A stretch of 38,790 nt of DNA from an uncultured Candidatus Saccharibacteria bacterium. GTDB lineage: Bacteria; Patescibacteriota; Minisyncoccia; UBA6257; WO2-44-18. Both the position numbers and the translations under genes were made by a program. Shown piece after piece: positions 8,757-16,575 of the stretch. Location of the stretch: the NCBI GenBank assembly GCA_964361795.1, contig CAYIBZ010000001.1, forward strand, positions 27,149-65,938. Direction: 5' to 3'. Numbering within the stretch: the first letter of the stretch is position 1; each line of letters starts with the position of its first letter. Below the pieces are notes generated by a model. That model worked only from the letters and a program-made list of their open reading frames with translations. It was not told the origin of the DNA and did not search any database.

Positions 8757-10325
8757 ATGTCAGAAATAAATTTTTTTGGACAAACTAATTTCAGGAATCA
8801 GAACACGAAATTCGGCATCAAAGTTGATGACCGTCGGCGCCACATGTACGTCATTGGGAAAACCGGAATGGGGAAAACCACCTTACTGGAAAATATGGTC
8901 ATTTCCGATATTACAAACGGCCATGGAGTCGGAGTGGTGGACCCGCACGGAGATTTCGCGGAAAAAATTCTTGATTTTATTCCCAAGTCAAGAATAAAAG
9001 ATACCGTCTATTTTAGCCCGTCTGATATTGAATTTCCTATTGCTTTTAATCCGCTGGAGCAGGTAAATAACGAATTTCGCCATTTAGTTGCTTCGGGATT
9101 GATGGGCGTTTTCAAAAAAATCTGGCCGGATGTTTGGTCCGCTAGGATGGAATACATACTAAATAACGCCCTTTTAACTCTGCTGGAATTTCCTGATTCC
9201 ACTATTTTAGGCGTAATGCGATTGCTTTCAGATAAAGATTACCGAAAGACTATCGTGGATCAGGTGAAAGATCCGGTTATTAAAGGTTTTTGGGTTAATG
9301 AATTCGCCCGCTATGCCCAAAAGTTTGAAACTGAAGCCACTGCCGCCATTCAAAACAAAATCGGCCAATTTGTGGCTAATCCATTGGTCCGAAACATCCT
9401 TGGACAAACTAAATCCGCGCTTGATCTTCGCAAATCCATGGACGAACAAAAAATTTTGATTTTCAACCTGTCTAAGGGGAAAATCGGGGAGGATAATTCG
9501 GCTCTTTTGGGGTCAATGATTATCACTAAGCTTCAGCTCGCCGCTATGTCGCGCGTTGATCTTCCGGAATCCGAAAGAAAAGATTTTTATCTCTATGTAG
9601 ACGAATTTCAAAATTTCGCCACCGATTCCTTCGCTAATATCTTATCGGAAGCCAGAAAATATCGCCTTTGCCTGATTCTCGCCCACCAATATATCCGCCA
9701 GCTTATTCATGACACGAACACCAAAGTGCGGGACGCCGTATTCGGCAATGTCGGCACTTTAGCCACTTTCCGAGTTGGCGCGGAAGACGCGGAATTTTTG
9801 GAAAAAGAATTTGAACCGGATTTTATGTTAAACGATATTATTAATCTTCCTAAGTACAATATGTACGTAAAATTAATGATTGACGGCATTTCTTCCCGGC
9901 CGTTTTCAGCTAGAACTTTAACGCCGACTGAAAAGCCGAAAGAATCTTTCAAGGACGCGGTTATTGAGCATACTCGTAAAGTTTACGCCACTCCGATTGC
10001 CAAGGTAGAAGCAAAAATTGCGTTGGAATTTTTACCGATAGAACAGCCAGCCCCTTCTTTCACTGATATTCGCCCAAGCGCTCCCCGAAGGCCTAGAATG
10101 CCTGAACGGCAAGATCGCGGCTGGACATATCATCAGGAACGGCCGGAACGATCCTATTCTCCGCCAAAGCCAAAAGAACAGCTAAAACCCCCGGAGGCCT
10201 CTCTTAAAAATCTTACTCCCAAAGAAACACCCGCAACTAAACCGCCCATCCCAAAACCAGAAAAAAAACCAGTCAACATTGACGAACTTAAAGCTGCCAT
10301 CAAAAAATCTTTGGACGGAAAATAA
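8757..10325 (+). CDS. P-loop ATPase of the TraG/TraD/VirD4 coupling-protein (HerA/FtsK-like) type
   Basis: Walker A GKTGMGKTT, Walker B YLYVDEFQNF, RKYRLCLILAHQ motif. The C-terminal ~100 aa is a P/K/E-rich low-complexity tail. Confidence 0.7.
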   Translation: MSEINFFGQTNFRNQNTKFGIKVDDRRRHMYVIGKTGMGKTTLLENMVISDITNGHGVGVVDPHGDFAEKILDFIPKSRIKDTVYFSPSDIEFPIAFNPLEQVNNEFRHLVASGLMGVFKKIWPDVWSARMEYILNNALLTLLEFPDSTILGVMRLLSDKDYRKTIVDQVKDPVIKGFWVNEFARYAQKFETEATAAIQNKIGQFVANPLVRNILGQTKSALDLRKSMDEQKILIFNLSKGKIGEDNSALLGSMIITKLQLAAMSRVDLPESERKDFYLYVDEFQNFATDSFANILSEARKYRLCLILAHQYIRQLIHDTNTKVRDAVFGNVGTLATFRVGAEDAEFLEKEFEPDFMLNDIINLPKYNMYVKLMIDGISSRPFSARTLTPTEKPKESFKDAVIEHTRKVYATPIAKVEAKIALEFLPIEQPAPSFTDIRPSAPRRPRMPERQDRGWTYHQERPERSYSPPKPKEQLKPPEASLKNLTPKETPATKPPIPKPEKKPVNIDELKAAIKKSLDGK

Positions 10326-10341
10326 TCTACAATGAAAAATT

Positions 10342-10911
10342 TTAGGCTTTCTCTACCCTCTCAACGTATTCTCCAGTTTCGGTATTAATCCGAATTACAT
10401 CGTCTGTGTTTACAAAGAGAGGCACATTTACTTCCGCGCCGGTTTCTAAGATTGCTTTTTTAGTCCCGCCAGTCGCGGTATCGCCTCGTTCTCCCGGCGG
10501 AGCTTCTTTAATTTTCAAGTCCATTTTAATGGGAAGCTGAAGATTAATAATCTTATCTCCCATTTTATTTGCTGTTACTTCCGTATTGGCTTTCAAAAAC
10601 TTTCCGCCCGTCCCCACAATTTCTTCCTTCAAAGAGAATCGTTTAGCTGGGTTATCTTTTTCGCAAAACCAGTACTCGCCGCGATTATTATACAAATACC
10701 TTATCGGCTGTTTTTCAATTTCTGCTTCTTCAAAAGTTTCGTTTTGATGAAAATTTCGCTCTAAAATTTTTCCTGTCGTCAGGTTTTTAATTTTCGTTTG
10801 GGCTACCGGTTTTCTCTGCTGCATTCGCAAAAAATGAAATTCCATTACCTCATATGGCTGTCCCTCATACATAAAAATTGTTCCGGGCTTCAAATCGTTG
10901 TAAGTCAGCAT
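10342..10911 (-). CDS. efp: Elongation factor P
   Basis: MLTYNDLKPGTIFMYEGQPYEV start at 10911 (the listed ORF extends 12 codons further). Three OB/KOW-like domains; ends ...VNTDDVIRINTETGEYVERV. Confidence 0.9.
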   Translation of the reverse strand: MLTYNDLKPGTIFMYEGQPYEVMEFHFLRMQQRKPVAQTKIKNLTTGKILERNFHQNETFEEAEIEKQPIRYLYNNRGEYWFCEKDNPAKRFSLKEEIVGTGGKFLKANTEVTANKMGDKIINLQLPIKMDLKIKEAPPGERGDTATGGTKKAILETGAEVNVPLFVNTDDVIRINTETGEYVERVEKA

Positions 10912-10951
10912 AGGAACTATTGTACAACGGAAATTATCAATTTTCAAATAA

Positions 10952-10980
10952 TTGGCAAAATAGCAATTTTCTTGTATAAT
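10952..10980 (+). promoter_or_regulatory. sigma70-type promoter (TTGGCA-17 nt-TATAAT), likely leaderless mnmA
   Basis: -35 at 10952-10957, 17-nt spacer, TGT-extended -10 at 10975-10980. The mnmA ATG at 10987 is 7 nt after the -10. Confidence 0.6.
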
Positions 10981-10986
10981 ATTGTC

Positions 10987-12111
10987 ATGTTAAGGAATAA
11001 GAAAACAGTTTTCGTGGGAATGAGCGGGGGAGTGGACAGTTCTGTTGCCGCGGCGCTTTTGAAAACAGCGCGCTTGCCTGACGGCAGTCAGGGTTTTAAC
11101 GTTGTCGGCGCGCACTTGAAGTGCTTCAACGTTGACGGATGCGCCGCTCAAGACGCCGAAGACGCCCGCCGAGCGGCAGAGCATCTCGGAATCCCTTTTT
11201 ACACTTTTGATTACGAAAAAGAATATAAAGAAAAAGTGGTGAAATACATGATAGACGGTTACAAAATGGGAATTACTCCGAACCCCGATGTGATGTGCAA
11301 CAAAGAGATCAAGTTTGGCCTGTTTTATAAAAAAGCGATGGAACTCGGCGCGGATTTTGTGGCTACCGGTCACTACGTTTTGAAAATTGCCACCGCCAGA
11401 GGCGGGGTCCCGCCCTCAAAAAATTTAGAAAATGGCGGCGGGAAAAATTTAAAATTGAAAATTGCGCATGATCGCGCAAAAGACCAATCTTATTTTCTCT
11501 GGGCTTTAAAACCCGAGCAGTTAAAACACTGCCTGTTTCCAATTGGCGATTATACAAAACCGCAAGTTCGAAAGCTCGCAAAGAAATTCGGCCTTCATAA
11601 TGCTGAAAAAAAAGACTCGCAGGGAATCTGTTTTCTTGGCCAGGTTTCTCTGCCGGATTTTTTGAGAAGATATATTCGCCCTAAAGTCGGCGCTATCATC
11701 AATGATAGCGGTAAAGTTATTGGCCAGCACAAAGGAGCCCATCTTTACACAATCGGCCAAAGACACTTAGGGCTTAAGAATTATGAATTAAAAATCAAAA
11801 ATAAGCCGGATCAAAAGCCATTTTATGTTGCCGAAAAAGACGTTAAGAAAAACACCGTTGTCGTTGTAGAAGGAGAAAATCACCCGATGCTTTACAAAAA
11901 AGAAGTTGTCTTAGCCAACCTTAATTTGTTTACTAAAAAAATCCCAAAAACCGTTTTTTCCCGCGTTCGTTACAGACAATCGCTTTCGCGCGCAAAAATA
12001 GTTGGGAATAAGCTGATTTTCGAGAAACCGGTAAAATTCGTCGCTGAAGGGCAGTCGGCGGTATTTTACGATAAGTCTGGCAGAATGCTTGGCGGCGGCA
12101 TTATCTTGTGA
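10987..12111 (+). CDS. mnmA: tRNA 2-thiouridine(34) synthase MnmA
   Basis: PP-loop VGMSGGVDSSVAA, NPDVMCN, ATGHY, KDQSYFLW, GQSAVFYD. The listed ORF start 10798 overlaps efp and is rejected in favour of ATG 10987. Confidence 0.9.
   Translation: MLRNKKTVFVGMSGGVDSSVAAALLKTARLPDGSQGFNVVGAHLKCFNVDGCAAQDAEDARRAAEHLGIPFYTFDYEKEYKEKVVKYMIDGYKMGITPNPDVMCNKEIKFGLFYKKAMELGADFVATGHYVLKIATARGGVPPSKNLENGGGKNLKLKIAHDRAKDQSYFLWALKPEQLKHCLFPIGDYTKPQVRKLAKKFGLHNAEKKDSQGICFLGQVSLPDFLRRYIRPKVGAIINDSGKVIGQHKGAHLYTIGQRHLGLKNYELKIKNKPDQKPFYVAEKDVKKNTVVVVEGENHPMLYKKEVVLANLNLFTKKIPKTVFSRVRYRQSLSRAKIVGNKLIFEKPVKFVAEGQSAVFYDKSGRMLGGGIIL
11380..11465 (+). repeat. 11-bp direct repeats (TTGAAAATTGC) exactly 75 nt apart inside mnmA
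   Basis: Copies at 11380-11390 and 11455-11465 encode LKIA twice. The 64 nt between them carry GC-rich alternative hairpins (CCGCC-AGA-GGCGG, GGCGGG-GT-CCCGCC). Confidence 0.8.
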
Positions 12112-12152
12112 TACATTGATTTAGCTCTTTAGCAACTGAAAAAGGAGAACTA

Positions 12153-13055
12153 TTGGAGCTCTCGCTATTCGCCGTCGCTTCTTGGGTTTTAGCGTTGGTC
12201 TATCACCATTACTCTAAAGACATGAAAGCTATGATACCGAAGAATTCATTGGGCTTGAAAGAAGTGATAAGATTTGTTGCGCAATTCGCGGTAATGATTT
12301 TCATTATTGGCCTTATAAGCGGCGCGCTATCTTTTTCTGACAATCCAAAATCCAATGATCCAACTCTGCCAGCCGCTCCTTTGTGGCCGCATTGGTCAAT
12401 ATCGCTCCCGATAGCAATATTAGCATTTTTAGTCTGGACGCTGTTTACGGCAGAGCTCAATAAATTTATTTGCCATTTGCTTAACGGAAAAAATTCGCTC
12501 TTAGAAACGCCGATACTCTTGATATCTAATTTATTGATCTTATTTCTTATAGGAATACAGGTAATTTCCCCCAATAAAATTACCAATAATATCTTCATGT
12601 TTTTTGTGGCGCTAATGGTTGTGCCATTCGCCATGGCCCTTAAGCGAAGCGGGGTGCTTTCTTTATTTTCTTTACTTATGCTTCTTGACGTTTACTTGGT
12701 TTGGATGGCTTCGGTTGGGACGGGAAGCGGAGAAGCCAATAAACAAAGCTGGTATATCACAATGATTGATAGCGAATTAATGCGGCATTGGCCGTTTCCC
12801 ATTGGATTTATCTGGGGACAACATATAATCGGAAACGGAGACATTTTCTTTATGGGTATCGTGGCTGTTTACGCCAAACAAGTGTCGGGAAATCGGGCGG
12901 CAATTTTATCCGGAATCGCCATGACAGCGCCGATATTACTCTTGGGGTGGGTTAAAGAAATCTGGCCTAATATGCCGTCCGCTTGGCCCTACACGATTTT
13001 CATTGCTCCAATCGCGATTTTAGTTGCACTATTGTCTAAGAAAAGTAATATATAA
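12153..13055 (+). CDS. Polytopic membrane protein with presenilin/signal-peptide-peptidase-like (GxGD) motifs
   Basis: TTG start 6 nt after AAGGAG. About 8-9 hydrophobic helices. LLDVYLVW resembles the SPP YDVFWVF motif, IGNGDIFFMG resembles LGLGDIVIPG, and TAPILLLG is a possible PAL-like motif. Confidence 0.55.
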   Translation: MELSLFAVASWVLALVYHHYSKDMKAMIPKNSLGLKEVIRFVAQFAVMIFIIGLISGALSFSDNPKSNDPTLPAAPLWPHWSISLPIAILAFLVWTLFTAELNKFICHLLNGKNSLLETPILLISNLLILFLIGIQVISPNKITNNIFMFFVALMVVPFAMALKRSGVLSLFSLLMLLDVYLVWMASVGTGSGEANKQSWYITMIDSELMRHWPFPIGFIWGQHIIGNGDIFFMGIVAVYAKQVSGNRAAILSGIAMTAPILLLGWVKEIWPNMPSAWPYTIFIAPIAILVALLSKKSNI

Positions 13056-13157
13056 TCAGTGGTCAACCCCGTTAGAGATCCGCCCTCCTGAAAGGAGTGG
13101 CGGCAGCCACCTAGGGGCGGCTTATCTCTAACGGGGTACATCCCACTGATTTTTTTA
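13054..13157 (+). terminator. About 100-nt compound hairpin ending in a T-run (terminator or structured RNA)
   Basis: Outer stem 13054-13062/13143-13151 (9 bp). Second stem ACCCCGTTAGAGAT 13066-13079 / 13124-13137 (14 bp). Inner hairpin 13081-13103. T7 run 13150-13156 abuts the comEC ATG at 13157. Confidence 0.5.
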
Positions 13158-14494
13158 TGAAAATTCATGAGTTATTTTTCTGGGCAGTCTGCTTTTTCTT
13201 GATGGGAGTCTTGATTGCAAGCATCGCGAACGGCTTTAATCAAGCCCTCCTAATAACTTTCTTATCAGTCCTATTAGTTTTATCAATTCTATTCGTCCTA
13301 TCAAAATGGAAATTCTTGCCGCTTTCACGCGTGAAAGCGGCTCTCGGTTTAATGATGTTTGTTGGAGCCGGATATTTTTTTTCTTTTGATTATTTTAAAG
13401 ACGATTCTAAAATTATTTTTGACCAAAAGGTGGAATTAGTCGGTACGATTACTGAAACGGAGCAAAGAATTAATAGCCAGATTTTGAGATTAGCTGATGT
13501 TCAAATCACCACATCGCGATATCCTGAATTTGAATATGGCGACAAGATCAAAGCTATTGGCGTTGTTAAAAAACCGGCGGAAGAATGGATCGGATATTTT
13601 TATAAAGAAGGCATTTCCGGTCTGATGCAATTTCCTAAAATATCGCTTGTGTCCAAAGATAACGGTTCGCCGATTAAAGCCCGTCTTCTTAAAATAAAAT
13701 CATTCCTGGAATTGAGTTTTAAAAAGGTTTTGCCATTTGAGAAGGCAGTGTTTCTTGCGGGGCTGACCCTTGGTTCTACCGCGGAGTTTAGCGGCGAGTT
13801 TAAGGAAAAACTGCGTCTCACTGGCACGACGCATTTAGTAGCTCTTTCGGGATACAACATTTCAATTATTATCCGTTACGTTGGCTACGCGCTTGCTTTG
13901 TGGTGGGTAACTAAAAGATTGAAACTGCCTTTGAGTATTATTGCTGTTGCCGGTTTTGTAATTATGACTGGCGCCGAACCATCCGTTGTTCGCGCCGCGA
14001 TTATGGCCATGATCATTTTACTGGCGGATCAAATTGGCCGGGCGGCTCATATTCCCAATGTAATTGCCGCCGCCGCTTTGGCGATGATTTTGATTAATCC
14101 AAAAATTCTCGCGTTTGACATTGGTTTCCAGCTTTCTTTCATGGCGTTAATCGGAATTATTTATTTGGAACCGTGGCTGCGTAAAAAATTTAAAGCCAAA
14201 AACGAACCGGGGTTTTTGGGATGGCGAACTCATTTTTGGACTACTACTTCCGCCCAATTGGCTGTTTTGCCAATTCTTATTTACCATTTCGGTTTTGTTT
14301 CGCCAGTTTCGATTCTAACCAACGTTCTTTTGCTGGAATTTATCCCGGTTACGATGGGCCTAGGTTTTTTTATTGGTTTTTCAGCCATTGCCAGTTATTG
14401 GTTGTCATGGATAATTGCCTTGCCAGCTCAAGCTTTTCTTGGTTATGAATTATTTATTATTAATGTTTTCTCAAAAATTATAAATCTATTTTAA
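13157..14494 (+). CDS. comEC: ComEC/Rec2 DNA-uptake channel, N-terminal part (DUF4131 + competence domain)
   Basis: TGTTHLVALSGYNISII and EPSVVRAAIMAMIILLADQ competence-domain motifs; many TM helices. Stops before any MBL domain. Confidence 0.85.
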   Translation: MKIHELFFWAVCFFLMGVLIASIANGFNQALLITFLSVLLVLSILFVLSKWKFLPLSRVKAALGLMMFVGAGYFFSFDYFKDDSKIIFDQKVELVGTITETEQRINSQILRLADVQITTSRYPEFEYGDKIKAIGVVKKPAEEWIGYFYKEGISGLMQFPKISLVSKDNGSPIKARLLKIKSFLELSFKKVLPFEKAVFLAGLTLGSTAEFSGEFKEKLRLTGTTHLVALSGYNISIIIRYVGYALALWWVTKRLKLPLSIIAVAGFVIMTGAEPSVVRAAIMAMIILLADQIGRAAHIPNVIAAAALAMILINPKILAFDIGFQLSFMALIGIIYLEPWLRKKFKAKNEPGFLGWRTHFWTTTSAQLAVLPILIYHFGFVSPVSILTNVLLLEFIPVTMGLGFFIGFSAIASYWLSWIIALPAQAFLGYELFIINVFSKIINLF

Positions 14495-14497
14495 GAC

Positions 14498-14535
14498 CAT
14501 ATTCCCACCTCTGACGCGTCAGAGGTGGGAATATG
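14498..14535. repeat. 38-nt perfect palindrome centred on ACGCGT
   Basis: CATATTCCCACCTCTGACG|CGTCAGAGGTGGGAATATG. It lies between the comEC stop (14494) and ATG 14538. Confidence 0.95.
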
Positions 14536-14537
14536 AT

Positions 14538-14972
14538 ATGATAGTCACCATGAATAATATTAATGATAGAGATTTTCAAAATAGACACCGGACGGAATGG
14601 AAAGATTTTTTATGGGACAGGTTTTTGGAAAAATTTTCTGGGATAAAATCTAAAAAACAACAACGAAAAGCTATTGATCTACTTTTTAGTGATTACGAAA
14701 AACAACTAATTACAAAACGTTTGGCGGCACTAATTTTACTGAGAGAGGGGAGGGGGTCTAAAGAAATCAGCGCTATTAAAAAAGCTTTTTTAGGCCCCGG
14801 CCCCTATAAGAGCCAACGATCTTTCAAATCAATGAAAAAAGAAAGTGATTTCACGATTGCGCCGAAAAATCTTTCGTGGCTGGACAGTCTTTTTAATGAT
14901 ATCGATTTATGGGAGATAATTAAAAATCCGCCCCGTCCGCGGGGTACAGGAATAAAAGACTCCTACCTCTGA
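14538..14972 (+). CDS. TrpR/YerC-YecD-like small protein, possibly degenerate
   Basis: AIDLLFSDYEKQLITKRLAALILLREGRGSKEIS resembles the TrpR-like fold of YerC/YecD-type proteins. The expected recognition helix is not evident. Confidence 0.45.
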   Translation: MIVTMNNINDRDFQNRHRTEWKDFLWDRFLEKFSGIKSKKQQRKAIDLLFSDYEKQLITKRLAALILLREGRGSKEISAIKKAFLGPGPYKSQRSFKSMKKESDFTIAPKNLSWLDSLFNDIDLWEIIKNPPRPRGTGIKDSYL

Positions 14973-14990
14973 CGCGTCAGAGGTAGGAGT
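14959..14990. repeat. 32-nt perfect palindrome, cognate of 14498-14535
   Basis: ACTCCTACCTCTGACG|CGTCAGAGGTAGGAGT. It shares the core ACCTCTGACGCGTCAGAGGT with the first copy. The one arm difference (C to T) is mirrored by G to A. It contains the TGA stop at 14970-14972. Confidence 0.95.
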
Positions 14991-14998
14991 TGGTTATT

Positions 14999-15862
14999 AT
15001 GGATAAATTTATTTTAGAAAAAAGATTTTTATATTTGGTGATGGTGGTGATAATGGCGGGAAATGTTTTTGTTTGGCAGGCGATTATTTTTGACGGCGGG
15101 ACAGAGAATTTAGAGCTTTGGTTTTTGGATGTCGGACAAGGGGACAGCCAGCTGATAAATCTTCCAAATAATGTCCAGATTTTGATTGACGGCGGAAAAG
15201 GTCCGAAAGTGTTAAACGAGCTCGCCAAAGTTTTAAAACCAATGGATCGATATATTGATCTAGTGGTTGCTACCCATCCGGATTTTGATCATTTTGGCGG
15301 CCTGATTGATGTTTTGAAGACCTACCAAGTCGGAGCGGTAATTACCAACGGACGAAAGGGAGTCGCGGCGGCGTACGCGGATTTTGAAAAAGTGATTCAA
15401 GAAAACGGCATTCAGGAAATTAATCTGATAGCCGGCGATAAGATTAAGTACGAAGACGCGGTTTTGGATGTTTTGTGGCCGCTTTCGCATGCGAAAGCGG
15501 TTGGCGAGAAAAAAGTTAATGAAACTGGGATTGTGTTGATGTTGGAAAAGGGGCCGCTGCGCGCCCTGTATACGGCAGATATTGGTTTTGAGACGGAGCG
15601 GGAACTTGTTAGAAAATATGATCTTTCCGCGCAGATTTTGAAAGTGGCGCACCATGGATCAAAATACTCAACTTCGCCAGAATTTCTAAAAGAGGTTCAA
15701 CCGAAAATATCGCTTATTGGAGTTGGCAAGAATAATTACGGCCATCCTACCAATCAGGCTTTGAATCGATTAGCGAATATCCGCTCGCAAATTTTCCGAA
15801 CCGATCAAGGCGGCGCCGTAAAAATAATTTTTGACGGAGAAAAATTAAAAATATTTAACTAA
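14999..15862 (+). CDS. ComEC C-terminal metallo-beta-lactamase domain encoded as a separate membrane-anchored protein
   Basis: N-terminal TM, FLDVGQGDSQLI, ATHPDFDHFGG, VAHHGSKYS motifs typical of the ComEC MBL nuclease domain. ATG 14999 is preferred over the listed TTG 14990. Confidence 0.85.
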   Translation: MDKFILEKRFLYLVMVVIMAGNVFVWQAIIFDGGTENLELWFLDVGQGDSQLINLPNNVQILIDGGKGPKVLNELAKVLKPMDRYIDLVVATHPDFDHFGGLIDVLKTYQVGAVITNGRKGVAAAYADFEKVIQENGIQEINLIAGDKIKYEDAVLDVLWPLSHAKAVGEKKVNETGIVLMLEKGPLRALYTADIGFETERELVRKYDLSAQILKVAHHGSKYSTSPEFLKEVQPKISLIGVGKNNYGHPTNQALNRLANIRSQIFRTDQGGAVKIIFDGEKLKIFN

Positions 15863-15873
15863 TATCTATAATT

Positions 15874-15898
15874 AAACCCCCGCGCTAAGCAGGGGTTT
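15874..15898. terminator. Hairpin between convergent genes
   Basis: AAACCCC-11 nt-GGGGTTT. AT-flanked on both sides, weak. Confidence 0.35.
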
Positions 15899-16509
15899 TA
15901 TGAATTTTCAAATGATAAATCTTTTTTAAACAATTTTGTCGCAAGAACGAAAATACCGTATACCATAAACGGAACTGCCAAAACGTCAATAGAATAATGA
16001 GATTTCGCTAATAAAGTAGAAACGCCAAAAATGACAGAAACGCAAATCAGGCAATATCTGACGAGTTTAATGTCCCAAAAAATTAAAGCGGCCATTAATG
16101 GCAAAGCGGTGTGGCCGGAAAAAAACAGGTCATTGCTTCCGTAGAGCAACCTTCCTAATTCGCCGTATTCCACGGGAATTTTACCGGGATGCACCTTAAG
16201 ATGGGTTAAGCTGATAAAAATTGCTCTAATAAAATAAAGCAGAGCGACCGATTTTAAGGCAAATGGAGCGTATCCGGGATGAAATAAGACTATTATCAAA
16301 ATTGAAGCGCTTACTCCTAAACTGCCCCAAATTAATAAATTCACTAAAATGGATGGCCATGGGAACGCGGGAACATTGTCCAGAATAATGTCGCTAAGAT
16401 AATTACTGGTTACCTGATTGCTGTATAACTGGACTAAGGAAGTAAGAAATAAAGATAATATTAATAATAATATCCCAGTTAGCGTGGACTGGAGATATTT
16501 ATTTTTCAA
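15898..16509 (-). CDS. PAP2_C / sphingomyelin-synthase-like lipid phosphotransferase
   Basis: Six hydrophobic helices. NDLFFSGHT matches SMS motif D3 (CGDxxxSGHT). SHYSIDVLAVPFMVYG matches D4 (HYTxDV...). The catalytic H, H and D are present. Confidence 0.65.
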   Translation of the reverse strand: MKNKYLQSTLTGILLLILSLFLTSLVQLYSNQVTSNYLSDIILDNVPAFPWPSILVNLLIWGSLGVSASILIIVLFHPGYAPFALKSVALLYFIRAIFISLTHLKVHPGKIPVEYGELGRLLYGSNDLFFSGHTALPLMAALIFWDIKLVRYCLICVSVIFGVSTLLAKSHYSIDVLAVPFMVYGIFVLATKLFKKDLSFENS

Positions 16510-16528
16510 AGAACTTCCTTTCTTTGGA

Positions 16529-16557
16529 TTGAAGTCAAAATAACACTATGTTAAAAT
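16529..16557 (+). promoter_or_regulatory. sigma70-type promoter (TTGAAG-17 nt-TAAAAT)
   Basis: -35 at 16529-16534, -10 at 16552-16557, with the same TATGTTAAAAT context as the promoter at 6412. 18 nt upstream of the aspS ATG. Confidence 0.55.
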
Positions 16558-16575
16558 TTAATCAATAACTTTACG

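Noticed and set aside
10798-10986. Long N-terminal extensions in the ORF track: mnmA from 10798, the permease to 22819, lepA from 22709, prfB from 27948, efp to 10947, and the 88-aa gene to 37647.
   Set aside because: The extensions overlap neighbouring genes or a tRNA, and conserved N-termini begin at internal ATGs (10987, 22627, 22775, 27984, 10911, 37557).
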